A stretch of 64,000 nt of DNA from Dehalococcoidia bacterium. GTDB lineage: Bacteria; Chloroflexota; Dehalococcoidia; DSTF01; JACRBR01. The stretch spans positions 1 to 64,000 of the forward strand of contig JBGQBE010000001.1 of NCBI GenBank assembly GCA_041494685.1, written 5' to 3'. Both the position numbers and the translations under genes were made by a program. Numbering within the stretch: the first letter of the stretch is position 1; each line of letters opens with the position of its first letter. Below, piece by piece: positions 9,771 through 19,659 of this stretch. The notes beneath the pieces were generated by a model, which was given only the letters and a program-made list of their open reading frames with translations, ran no database searches and was not told the origin of the DNA.

Positions 9771-10122
9771 CGTCAATGCCTCCTAGTTCGTACGCGGCAA
9801 CGAGGGATTCTCGCTGCCGCGTGGCGAGCTCGAACGCGTTCGTTGCGGTGATCGCCTGATTCGGGCAAGACTCAACGCAGGCGCCGCAGAAGATGCAGGC
9901 GCCGTAGTCGAGCTTCCAAGTCCGTTTCGTCGTTCCTCGTTCGATGACCTGGATGGCCGAGGTCGGGCAGAGGTCGACGCAGGCACGTTCGTCGTCGCAG
10001 CGGGCTGGAGAGAGCACAGGCGTCCCTCGCGGGCCACGGTCCGGAATGTCCGCATCGGGTGGATAGCCTGTCGTCACGCGCCGCGTGCGTAGGGGTCGCA
10101 GGATGAGATCGAGCAGGTTCAC
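9763..10122 (-). CDS. hyfH: 4Fe-4S dicluster subunit (NuoI/HyfH-like)
   Basis: CIFCGACVESCP is canonical. The first motif, CDDERACVDLCP, lacks one Cys. Confidence 0.88.
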   Translation of the reverse strand: MNLLDLILRPLRTRRVTTGYPPDADIPDRGPRGTPVLSPARCDDERACVDLCPTSAIQVIERGTTKRTWKLDYGACIFCGACVESCPNQAITATNAFELATRQRESLVAAYELGGIDDG

Positions 10123-10130
10123 GGTCTACC

Positions 10131-11702
10131 TCAGCGGTCGCAGCAGGCGTAACAGAGCTCGAAGCTCTTGTTGATCAGCGGGAAGTCGGGCACGACGTTC
10201 TCGACGACCGCTCGCGTGACGAGCGGCCAGTTCGCGTACGCGGCGGAGCGGATGCGCAGCCGGTACACGCGATTGGCATCGCCCGCCATCAACCAGTGGA
10301 CGTTCGCACCACGCGGGCTTTCGGAATAGCCGAGGGCGGACGCTCCCGGGGACGCCGCTTCGAGCGGTGTCGCAATTGGGCCACCTTGCAGGCTCTCGGC
10401 CAGCGTGGCGACGAGATCGAACGACGTCAACACCTCGCGTGCCCGCACGAGCAAACGTGCCGCGACATCGCCTCGTTGCTCGAGGTGCTGCTCCAGCAGG
10501 ACCGTCGAATAGGCCAGGTGGGGGTGATTCAGCCGGTAGTCCGACGGTACACCGGACGCACGCGCCGTGACGCCGGTGCCGCCGAAGGCGAGCACAGTCT
10601 CCGCGTCGAGCCTCCCCGGTCCGTTGATGCGGGTGGCGAAGCTGTCCGTGCCGAGGATGATGTCGAGATACGTCTCGAAATCCTTCCGCAACGCGACGTG
10701 CGCGTCCACCACCGCTTGAACCGCACGCGCTCCCAGATCGTAGCGAAGGCCGCCGACGCCTACGACACCCATCAGAAAGCGATGGCCCGTGAGCTCCTCG
10801 TTAAGCCGCTGGAGACGCTCCTTGAGGATCGCTCCCTGCGTGCTGCCCATATGAAATCCCGCGCCGGCACAGATGTTGCCGATGTCGCCGACGTGGTTAT
10901 AGAGACGTTCGAGTTCAAGCAGAAGCGTCCGCAGCCATGTTGCGCGCTCGGGCACGCGCGTTCCGGACAGGCGCTCGACCGCGGTGGCGAACGAGACGGC
11001 GTGTGACACGGTGCAGACGCCGCACGTGCGTTCGACCGTGTAGAGCGCATCATCGAACGTCTTTCCCTCGACGATCTTCTCCACACCGCGGTGCGTGTAG
11101 AACAGGCGCGCGTCGAGATGGAGGATCAGCTCGCCGATGTTCGAGAAGCGGAAGTGTCCGGGCTCGATGACTCCGGCGTGGATCGGACCGACCGGAAGCT
11201 CATAGACACCCTCCCCGTGCACCTCGAAGTAGTCGAACCTTCGATCATCCGTCGCCGGCTGATCCACGGGCGAAACGTCTTTCCGCAGCGGGTGGTAGCC
11301 GTGGGGCCATCTCTCGTGCAGGACGAGCCGTCGCGGGTCGGGGTGGTCCACAGGGATGATCCCCAGCAGGTCTTTGACCTCGCGCTCGTACCACTGAGCG
11401 GCGGGCAACGTGCGCGTCACAGAGGGGTACTCGCCGTCGAGGTCGATGCCCGCGCGCACGCGCACGAACTCGTCGTACGCTGGCAGCGAGAAGACGAACT
11501 CCACAGCGAAGTTACCGCTGCGCGGCGTGAGATCGAGCCCCACCATCGTCGCGAGCTTCGCTCCGCGTCCGCTGATGTACGTCGCGACCGCGGGAAGGTC
11601 GTTGCGGTGGCATTCCACGAGCGTCTCATTCGGGGCTGGCGTTGGCAAGACCGTGAGGTGCACCGGGCATTCGTCGAGGATGGTCCGCGTTTGCGCCTGC
11701 AT
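10131..11702 (-). CDS. hyfG: Fused NuoC/NuoD-like large subunit (HyfG/HycE) retaining both CxxC motifs
   Basis: WYEREVKDLLG, GPIHAGVIEPGHFRF, ERTCGVCTVSH, ESPRG; C-terminus KSFELCYACCDR. Confidence 0.92.
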   Translation of the reverse strand: MQAQTRTILDECPVHLTVLPTPAPNETLVECHRNDLPAVATYISGRGAKLATMVGLDLTPRSGNFAVEFVFSLPAYDEFVRVRAGIDLDGEYPSVTRTLPAAQWYEREVKDLLGIIPVDHPDPRRLVLHERWPHGYHPLRKDVSPVDQPATDDRRFDYFEVHGEGVYELPVGPIHAGVIEPGHFRFSNIGELILHLDARLFYTHRGVEKIVEGKTFDDALYTVERTCGVCTVSHAVSFATAVERLSGTRVPERATWLRTLLLELERLYNHVGDIGNICAGAGFHMGSTQGAILKERLQRLNEELTGHRFLMGVVGVGGLRYDLGARAVQAVVDAHVALRKDFETYLDIILGTDSFATRINGPGRLDAETVLAFGGTGVTARASGVPSDYRLNHPHLAYSTVLLEQHLEQRGDVAARLLVRAREVLTSFDLVATLAESLQGGPIATPLEAASPGASALGYSESPRGANVHWLMAGDANRVYRLRIRSAAYANWPLVTRAVVENVVPDFPLINKSFELCYACCDR

Positions 11703-13177
11703 CAGCGTCCTTCGAGCACGGCCACTGCATCGTCAAGCGCGGTGCGGAACTGATGGGGCGGCGCCACGCTCACCCAGACCATGAGCGCCAGCGGCGTGAC
11801 GATGCTCAAGACGGCGGGCGCCGGGAGACGCCGCACCGTCACACCCCGCCGCGGCTCGCGATAGGCGATCTGGATGATGTGGCTCAAGAGGCTTATTCCG
11901 GCGAGTGCGACGAGCAGGAGCCCCGCGACACCGATGATCGCCCTGCCGTGGGCAAAGGACCCGGCGACCGCTCCGTATTCCGAGGAGAACATGGCGAACG
12001 GCGGGAAGCCCACCAGCGCAAACGCGCCCACGAGCAGCACCGAGCCTGCCACCGGCGTCACCCGGATGAGCCCGCGCATCCGGTGCATGGAGCGCGTCTT
12101 GAACGCCTGGACGACCGAGCCGGCGGCGAAGAACAGGCTCGACTTCGTGAGCGAGTGGGCCACGAGGTGCAACATCGCGGCGTAGAGGGCAATGGGGCCA
12201 CCGATGCCCACCGCCAACACGATGATCCCCATGTGCTCGACGCTGCTGTACCCGAGCATTCGCTTGATGTCGTGCTGGACGAGCAGGAACGGCACGGCGA
12301 GTGCGATGCTGAACAGGCCAAACCCAATCATCAGGTGATCGGGATACGAGCTGCCGACGGCCGCAATCGTCAATACCCGGAAACGGAGGATCGCGTACAC
12401 CGCGCAATTCAACAGCACGCCGGAGAGCAGTCCTGAGATCGGCGAGGGCGCCTGGCTGTGCGCGTCGGGTAGCCAGGTATGCATCGGCGCAAGCCCTGCC
12501 TTGGTGCCGTATCCCACGAGCACGAACACGAACGCAAGACGCATGACATCTGGTTCGAGCGCTCCCCCCGACCGCGCCAGGACCGTCCAGTTCAGTGCGT
12601 TGCCCGACTCACCGACGATGCTCGTGGAGGCGTAGTACGTCATCATCGTGCCGAAGAGGGCGAGCGCGATGCCGACCGAGCCAAGTACGAGGTATTTCCA
12701 CGCGGCTTCCAGCGCCGGTCCGGTCCGGTAGATGCTTACAAGCAGCACCGAGACGACGGTTGTCGCCTCGATCGCCACCCACATAATGCCGAGATTGTTT
12801 GCGACGGGGACGGTGAGCATGGTCGCCATGAACCCCATGAGTAACGCGTAGTAACGAATCTGGTCCTGTTCGCGCAGTTCGCCATGGGCCACATCATGGG
12901 CAATGTACGACAGCGAGTTCGCGGTGGCGCAAACGCCGACGACGCAGATCAGCACGAGAACGACGACCGAGAGCGAGTCGACGTACACCCAGCCGCCATA
13001 CGCCGATTGAGCGCCGTCCGCCTGAACGCTCGTCGCGATGGCCGCAGCGGCGACCAGCGCCACAATCGATGCTGCCAGTGCGGCGGGCCCGGCCGCACCG
13101 GGGAGCCGAAGCGCCCAGATCGCGAGCCCGCACGCGAGCGGGACGCCCACCAGGCATGCGACGGCGATCTCGATCAT
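11702..13177 (-). CDS. hyfF: Hyf/Ehr antiporter-like membrane subunit (HyfF)
   Basis: WVAIEATT, EAAWKY, GTKAGLAPMHTWLPDAHSQAPSP, YSSVEHMG; ATGA overlap with hyfE. Confidence 0.92.
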   Translation of the reverse strand: MIEIAVACLVGVPLACGLAIWALRLPGAAGPAALAASIVALVAAAAIATSVQADGAQSAYGGWVYVDSLSVVVLVLICVVGVCATANSLSYIAHDVAHGELREQDQIRYYALLMGFMATMLTVPVANNLGIMWVAIEATTVVSVLLVSIYRTGPALEAAWKYLVLGSVGIALALFGTMMTYYASTSIVGESGNALNWTVLARSGGALEPDVMRLAFVFVLVGYGTKAGLAPMHTWLPDAHSQAPSPISGLLSGVLLNCAVYAILRFRVLTIAAVGSSYPDHLMIGFGLFSIALAVPFLLVQHDIKRMLGYSSVEHMGIIVLAVGIGGPIALYAAMLHLVAHSLTKSSLFFAAGSVVQAFKTRSMHRMRGLIRVTPVAGSVLLVGAFALVGFPPFAMFSSEYGAVAGSFAHGRAIIGVAGLLLVALAGISLLSHIIQIAYREPRRGVTVRRLPAPAVLSIVTPLALMVWVSVAPPHQFRTALDDAVAVLEGR

Positions 13178-13833
13178 CCGCGCAAGCTCCTCAGGTGTTC
13201 GGTGTCCAGCGAGCCGAAGATCACGTGCATCCGTCCCGTGTAGACGAACGCGACGAAGACAGCCATGAGGAGATCGAGGAAGATGCCAAACTCGACGACA
13301 AGCGGCATCCCGTATGTCGCTGTCAGAGCCGCAAGCGCCATCCCGTTTTCGAGGACGAGAAAGCCGATGATCTGTGCCAGCGCCTGCCGGTGCGTGACCA
13401 TCACGAGGATGCCAATCACCATGACCGTCACGGCCGTCGGCAACACGCGCTCCGCTCCGATGGCCGTGTGAAACGGCTGGCCACCCAGTGTACGCGCGAA
13501 GACGACAGCCAGCAGCGTGGCGATGGCCACGCCCGTGCGCTGGCCGACTGACGCCTGGACGTCGTGCGATGTCGGAATACGCTGCAGAACGGCCCACAGG
13601 ATCGCCGGGACGGCCACCACCTTGACGATGAGCGTCAGCCCCGCGCCGACAAGAATGTGCGGAGAGTTCGTCGCAAGTCCGGCGTAGGCCGCAGCCGTCG
13701 CCAGCATCATGGACTGGATGCCCAACAGGAGCATCGCGCGCCCCAACGAACGCGTCCACATGATGCCGATCGCGACGACCAGCATTGCCAGCGAGAGGAC
13801 ATCGATCGCGCTGCTGGCGAACTGGTTTGTCAT
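13174..13833 (-). CDS. hyfE: Hyf/Ehr membrane subunit (HyfE)
   Basis: QIIGFLVLENG...MPLVVEFG...LRSLRG; overlaps both neighbours by ATGA. Confidence 0.9.
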   Translation of the reverse strand: MTNQFASSAIDVLSLAMLVVAIGIMWTRSLGRAMLLLGIQSMMLATAAAYAGLATNSPHILVGAGLTLIVKVVAVPAILWAVLQRIPTSHDVQASVGQRTGVAIATLLAVVFARTLGGQPFHTAIGAERVLPTAVTVMVIGILVMVTHRQALAQIIGFLVLENGMALAALTATYGMPLVVEFGIFLDLLMAVFVAFVYTGRMHVIFGSLDTEHLRSLRG

Positions 13834-14783
13834 TGGAAGAGCACCCGCAACGCGGCGCCGAGCGCAGCGGTGAAACCCGCGGCACCAATGAGGTCGGGCA
13901 GCTCGAATAGCCGCATCTTCGCGAAGACCGACTCGACAATGCCGAGACCGACACCGGCGATGGCGACCTTCACAACGACGAGCAGCGCGCCAAGGGCGTA
14001 GCCTGCCGCACCGTCGAACCGCGCGAGCCCGAACGGCAGGAAGACGTTGACGAAGAGGACGACGAGCACCGCCTGCTTGATCATGCCGGCAAACTGCAGC
14101 ATGCCGAGACTCCGTCCGGAGTACTCGATCAGCATCCCCTCGTGGATCATCGTCAGCTCCAGGTGGGTGTCCGGATTGTCGACGGGGATGCGGCCGGTTT
14201 CGGCGACGAGCACCACGGCGAACGCCGCGGCCGACAGCGCCCAACTGAGGCCGAGGAAGCGCGCCGGATCGTGGTCACCGAACGCCACGATATCGCCCAG
14301 GCGCGTGCTGCCCGGCCCGATCGCCAGCGCGACGAGCGAGAGCAGGAGGACGGGTTCGACGAGGGCGCTGATGGCGAGTTCCCGGCTGCTGCCCATCTCG
14401 CCGAACGCACTGCCACTGTCCATGCCGCCAAGCGTGAGGAACGCGCGGGCGAGCGCGAGGAGGGACACGAACACGATGAGATCGCCCGCTGACGTCAGAG
14501 GCGTGCGATCACTGAACACCGGCACGAGCAGCGCGGCCGCGAGGATTGCAGCCATGACCACCACGGGTGCCAACCAGTGCATGAACGACGTCGAGTCCGC
14601 CACCTGCTCCGCCCGGCCAAGCCATTTCGCGAGGTCGCGATATCCCTGGAGAAGAGACGGGCCCCGGCGCAGTTGCAGCCGCGCCTTGACCGACTTGATC
14701 AGCCCGTTGAGGAGTGGCGCCGCGGCCGCGAGGGCGGATATCTGGAGCACCCCGAGTGTTGTCGCTTCCATCGCACTGTTCAT
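13830..14783 (-). CDS. hyfC: Hyf/Ehr NuoH-like membrane subunit (HyfC/HycD)
   Basis: GPSLLQGYRDLAK, GSSRE, ETGRIPVDNPDTHLELTMIHE, EYSG. Confidence 0.92.
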   Translation of the reverse strand: MNSAMEATTLGVLQISALAAAAPLLNGLIKSVKARLQLRRGPSLLQGYRDLAKWLGRAEQVADSTSFMHWLAPVVVMAAILAAALLVPVFSDRTPLTSAGDLIVFVSLLALARAFLTLGGMDSGSAFGEMGSSRELAISALVEPVLLLSLVALAIGPGSTRLGDIVAFGDHDPARFLGLSWALSAAAFAVVLVAETGRIPVDNPDTHLELTMIHEGMLIEYSGRSLGMLQFAGMIKQAVLVVLFVNVFLPFGLARFDGAAGYALGALLVVVKVAIAGVGLGIVESVFAKMRLFELPDLIGAAGFTAALGAALRVLFQ

Positions 14784-16753
14784 CGTGCCACGAGCAACAG
14801 CACGATGAGCGCCGCCATGATGTACATCAAGTAGAGTTGGACGCTGCCGTTCTGGAGCAGCCGCAACCGCCCTGCGCTCCAGACCGCCAGCGTACGCGCG
14901 GGCGCGTACAGGCGCTCCTCGAACAGGCCCGGAACCCTGCCTGAGTACCGCACGAGACGTGGCAGCGGGGACACGCCGTGGTAGGACACTTCGATGCGCC
15001 GCTCGGGGAGCAACACACGGCTGAAGAAGAGGCGGAGCGGCTTGGAAAACGACGTGGCTGTGTACTGCATCGACGGCCTGAACCGCATCCCGCTGGCCCA
15101 GACGGGGCCCCGCGCGCGTCGGTTGGCGCCGTAGACGGCGCGGGCGACGATCCAGGGCAAAGGCGCAAGGACGATGAGCATGCCTGCAATCACCGCGGGC
15201 GACAGGGACGCGCCGGAGGCGAACGTCAGCAGCTCATGGTCGGCAGTCGCGCCTTGAGGTCCGACGAGGGCGATCGAGACGGGCTCCAACCAGCGGATGA
15301 TCCACGGCGCGGCGAGGCCCGTGGCAACGCAGCCCAGCGCGAGGGCTCCGAGCACTCCGTACATGGAAGCCGTCGATTCGGTCGCCGCGTCGGCTTCATC
15401 GGAACGCGGCAAGCCCAGAAATGCGATACCGAACAGGCGGACGAAGCAAGCCACCGCAAGGCCACCTGTGAGCGCGAGGCCGCCCAGCGCTGCTAGCCCG
15501 ACGAGTCTCGAAGCATCTCCACTGCTGCTGGCACCGAGATCCACGAGGCTCCGGAACACCATCCACTCGCCGACGAATCCGTTGAGAGGCGGCAGCGCGG
15601 CGATCGCGAGGCAACCAACGAGCATAGCAGCGCCGGTGAAAGGCATGCGCCGGAGGAGGCCGCCCGTGCGGTCAAGGTTCAGAGTGTGTGCGGCACGTTG
15701 CACGGAACCCGCCGCAAGAAACAGCAATGTCTTGAACCAGGCGTGGTTGGTCGCGTGCAGCAGCGCGGCAGCCAGCGCGGCCGACGCCAACGCGGGGTGG
15801 TCTTCAGCGCGCAATGTCAGCGCGGCGCCAAGAGCGACGGTGATGACGCCGACGTTTTCGACGGTGCTGTACGCGAGGATTCGCTTGATATCGTGCTCCA
15901 TGAGCGCCCACAAGACACCGAGTACCGCGCTCGAACCGCCGACCGCCATCAGCAGCATCCCCCACCAGGGCTCGCCGGGCGCGAGGAATCCGAAAGAGAC
16001 GCGGATGAGGCCGTAGAGCCCGGTCTTGACCATCGCAGCGGACATCAGCGCCGAAACGTGCGACGGCGCCACCGGATGCGCCCGGGGCAGCCACACGTGG
16101 AAGGGGACGAAGCCCGCTTTCGTGCCGAAACCGACGACGGCGCACATGAACGCGAGCGAGGCCATGGGACGCGACAGGCCGGCGTGGTTCATCTCCGTGA
16201 ACGTCGTCGAGCCTGCCGCACGCCCAACGATGAACAACGCCGCAACGACCAGAACAGTCGCGACGTGCGTCATCGCGAGGTACAAGATCGCTGCCTGGCG
16301 CCGCGGCCGGGGAGCGCCATCACCCAGCACGAGCAAGAAGCTCATCAGCGCCATGCCCTCCCAGCCGACGAGGAAGGTGTAGACGTTCGCGGCTGAGGCC
16401 ACGAACAGCATCGCCAGCAGAAACACCGGGAGCACCGCGTCATCGAGCCGCCGTCGCCGCGCATAGCCCGTCCCGAAGACGCAAGCGGCCACTCCCACGC
16501 CGCCGACAATCGCCGCGAAGACGGCGCCCAGCGGGTCGAGGTACAGCGCGAGTTGGGCGTACGGTGCCGGCGAGGAAAGCGTGATATCGATGGGCGAATC
16601 TCGGGAGATCACGGAGGCGGCGGCGATCAGCGCCACGGCAGACGCAGACGCAGCCACCCAGAGTGACGCGCGCATACCCGCCTTGCCTGGTACAAGAGCC
16701 GTCAGCGATGCAACGCCGAAGAGAATCAGAGAGAGTGCAAAGAGTGACGTCAT
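14780..16753 (-). CDS. hyfB: Hyf/Ehr antiporter-like membrane subunit (HyfB/HycC)
   Basis: KAGFVPFHVWLPRAHPVAPSHVSALMS, AYSTVENVG, LPPLNGFVGEW, MQYTATSFSKP. Confidence 0.92.
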   Translation of the reverse strand: MTSLFALSLILFGVASLTALVPGKAGMRASLWVAASASAVALIAAASVISRDSPIDITLSSPAPYAQLALYLDPLGAVFAAIVGGVGVAACVFGTGYARRRRLDDAVLPVFLLAMLFVASAANVYTFLVGWEGMALMSFLLVLGDGAPRPRRQAAILYLAMTHVATVLVVAALFIVGRAAGSTTFTEMNHAGLSRPMASLAFMCAVVGFGTKAGFVPFHVWLPRAHPVAPSHVSALMSAAMVKTGLYGLIRVSFGFLAPGEPWWGMLLMAVGGSSAVLGVLWALMEHDIKRILAYSTVENVGVITVALGAALTLRAEDHPALASAALAAALLHATNHAWFKTLLFLAAGSVQRAAHTLNLDRTGGLLRRMPFTGAAMLVGCLAIAALPPLNGFVGEWMVFRSLVDLGASSSGDASRLVGLAALGGLALTGGLAVACFVRLFGIAFLGLPRSDEADAATESTASMYGVLGALALGCVATGLAAPWIIRWLEPVSIALVGPQGATADHELLTFASGASLSPAVIAGMLIVLAPLPWIVARAVYGANRRARGPVWASGMRFRPSMQYTATSFSKPLRLFFSRVLLPERRIEVSYHGVSPLPRLVRYSGRVPGLFEERLYAPARTLAVWSAGRLRLLQNGSVQLYLMYIMAALIVLLLVAR

Positions 16754-16863
16754 CAACTGGTCCGGGTCAGCCGCCTTCCCATATCGATAATCCTTGTATT
16801 TGAAGGTATGCTTATTCTAAGATAGGCACAGCGTGACTGTAAGGCAATGATTGGATGGTCGGC

Positions 16864-17220
16864 ATGGCCGATTCGCTGCAGGAGTTCAAGGCGGGATTCT
16901 TCCGCACGCTGGCGAGTCCGATCCGCATCCGGCTCCTCGAGCACCTCCGCGGAGGTGAAGCCACCGTAAGCGACCTTCAACAGAAGCTCGGCCTAGATTC
17001 CTCGAACGTCTCGCAACATCTCTCGATCCTGCGCGCCAACTCACTCGTCGCGGCTCGCCGCGATGGAACGCGAGTTTGGTACTCCGTCCAGGAGACGCAC
17101 ATCTACGAGATCCTGGACGCCGCACGCGCGATCTTCGAAAACCAGGTCAAGGCGAGCACGCGTCTGCTGGCGGAACGACGAGCGCCGTCCGCGCCCGCCC
17201 GGAAGGGGCGCCATGCCTGA
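16864..17220 (+). CDS. ArsR/SmtB family regulator, divergent from the hyf operon
   Basis: FKAGFFRTLASPIRIRLL...SNVSQHLSILR winged HTH; resembles the Rv0081-type regulator of mycobacterial hyc genes. Confidence 0.9.
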   Translation: MADSLQEFKAGFFRTLASPIRIRLLEHLRGGEATVSDLQQKLGLDSSNVSQHLSILRANSLVAARRDGTRVWYSVQETHIYEILDAARAIFENQVKASTRLLAERRAPSAPARKGRHA

Positions 17221-17353
17221 CAAGAGCGGCACTCAACCAGGCGATCGCCAGCCGCCTTGCTTCATTGAAGGGCATTTCCAGGAAACACGACGACCACATG
17301 GTGGGGGTGAGACGGCGATCTTCGTCGTGGCGGTGCCAGGGAGTTAGACCGCC

Positions 17354-17425
17354 GCGCGGGTTGGCGGGGTCGGGGCGCAACTCGTCGATGTCGATGTGCT
17401 CGATGGCGATCTGCGTGGTGGTCAT
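17354..17425 (-). pseudogene. N-terminal fragment of a ParB-like (ParB-methyltransferase type) gene
   Basis: AAGGA RBS, then MTTTQIAIEHIDIDELRPDPANPR; similarity stops abruptly. Confidence 0.6.
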
Positions 17426-17483
17426 GGCCGGGTGTCCTTCCTATACTGGTGGAGGTTCACTGCACGGGTATGGAGAAGCACCG

Positions 17484-17720
17484 ATGTCTGACGCGAAGCC
17501 GTCTCGATTCGACCGAGTCGTCCGCTGCACGCAGGGCCACCTCTTCGTGACGACGTGGATTCCGTTGGTCTCGTTGAAGGCTGTACGCCTTGGCCCGTGG
17601 CGCCTCCAGCACTGCCCCGTCGGGCACCATTGGTCCATTGTCACCCGGATAGACGACACTACCGTGGCGCCGGAGGAACTCGCCGAAGCGCGAAGGCATC
17701 ACGACCTCCACATCCCCTAA
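17484..17720 (+). CDS. Small Cys/His-containing hypothetical protein (78 aa)
   Basis: GGAG RBS; VVRCTQGHLF...QHCPVGHHW suggests metal binding. Confidence 0.7.
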   Translation: MSDAKPSRFDRVVRCTQGHLFVTTWIPLVSLKAVRLGPWRLQHCPVGHHWSIVTRIDDTTVAPEELAEARRHHDLHIP

Positions 17721-17995
17721 GTCCCACGATTCGGTCATGGTGTCCGCGCGCGGAGAATTGGCTGCGCGTTGACGAAGGGATGAGAACGGGGCACCCGTGC
17801 GCGTCTGGAGATCTCTCTCGGCGCTCTATATAGCGGCCAGTCAGCGTCACTTTCATGCCACCGCCTCCCATTGGTTGGCGTTGGTGCTCTCGCTGGTATC
17901 GAGCCGGCGGTGTCCTCGCTCAGACCCTCGTGTAGAATGGTGTGGCGTCCAGCGAACCGCAGGCTCCTTCCCTCGCCGCGCCTTTTGAGGCACGC

Positions 17996-19625
17996 ATGCG
18001 CCGTCTCCTGCTCCCAGTCGCCGCTCTCGCGTGCGTCCTGCTCCTGAGCGCAGGTACCTTACGCGGCCCAATTGCCGACGCGGCGGGTGGGAGCACGCTC
18101 AATCGACCGGAAGATCCGATCGTGCTCACCGGTGCCAACGTCCCATCGCTGACGGGTATCGCACCACATGATCTCGTCGCCTTCCGATGGGACGGCGCAT
18201 GGACGCAGATCCCCGTCCAGGTGGACGAGCGCGATGTCAAGACGTTCACCACGGTCTACAACGGGGCGGTCCCGTCGTCCGTCACGGAGTTGTTCTACAC
18301 GGATCCGAACACATGGACCGGACCCGATTCCGACCCCACGCTTGACGCAAACGATGAGGTGGCGTTCATGTCGAACGACGCGGGCGGCCCGTCATCGTCG
18401 TTCTCACCGCCCTCGCACACCATCCCGGGCTCAGGTGGAGATCGCGGTCACGGACCCGCTCGCGCCCGCTGATCAGGGATGGGTGTATCTCTTTCGGTCC
18501 GACGGTTCGCTCGACCCCGCGGCGGGCCAGTCATACATCGGCTATACGTTCAGCCTGAACTCCGGAGCCTACGAGGCGACCTACACGCTGGGGGATACGC
18601 ATCCGGCGCTCGCGGGCAATCCGGAGAACTCGACGATCACCTCGCCGAACTACAGCTACCATTTCGGCGACCGCTGGCAGGAAGACCAGATGAAGATCAG
18701 CGTCGGGGGCGCGACGAACGTCGACATCCTCGACCGCCATAAGCCGATGTTTGCGCCGGGATCCTGCGGACGCACCGAGGACACGTTCGACGGGTACATC
18801 GACACGCTCCCCATCGACGGCGCGTTCGTCGCCAACAAGAGCGGCCCCGTGCGCGCCATCCGTTCATTCGTCGGAGCGAACAGCGGTCCGCGCACGCAGC
18901 GCGACGAGATCTTCTACGCTCAGCGTCAGGACATTCGTACCTACCTGCGCGTCCACGCCATCCCGAGCATCATGGACTTCTTCGACTACAGCCCCGCGGC
19001 GTCGGGCATGACGTACTACAACGATCTGAATACGGGAGGCGTCACGATCGACGGCGTGCCGGACAATCCGGTCGCCGGCCCGATCACCTGGCAGATGGTC
19101 ACCGGCGCGCAGGGCACCGTCGTGATGGCGGCGACGATCGCCACGAATATCCCCGGCTTCGCCTACACGTCGTATTACCTCGACCATGCGGCGCCGAGCG
19201 GCACGACGCAGTGCACGGGCGACGCGGCCGCTTATGGGTCGAGCGGCGTCTACGTGAACCAGGCGGTGCCGTGTACGGACCCAGGCGCAGGCATCGTCGG
19301 TTGTACCAGCTATTTCAATCTCAACACGATGTCGACGTTGTACTACGAGCCCCCGTCGCAGTCCGTAGGCGCGGCGCAGGCGCTCAACGCGCGCGCGAAC
19401 GCACCACTTGCGTTCGTCGTGCGGCCATGGGCCGCGTCGGTGGGAGGAATCGCCGAGGAGCCGGAGCTGGCTGTGATCGCGTCAACGGATCACGGGAGAT
19501 CAGTTTCGACTGGATGGCTGATCGTTGCGGGCGGGTTCCTCGGCGCGTTGCTGGTCGCCGGCGCAGGGTTCGGTCTGATCGGGACGTCTCGCGGGTCGAC
19601 CAGCCCGCGGGGGCAAGATCTCTGA
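17996..19625 (+). pseudogene. Secreted/surface protein with a frameshift near 18434 and a C-terminal membrane anchor
   Basis: The signal-peptide ORF (17996-18472) continues in the next frame (VEIAVTDP...) to 19625. Could be a real frameshift or an assembly error. Confidence 0.75.
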
Positions 19626-19659
19626 CTAGAGCGAGACAGCAGGCGTCGCGGCGCTGGCG

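Noticed and set aside
11702..14244. 750-aa and 356-aa extended hyfF/hyfE ORFs
   Set aside because: The extensions are out-of-frame overlaps of upstream genes; the true starts are at ATGA overlaps.
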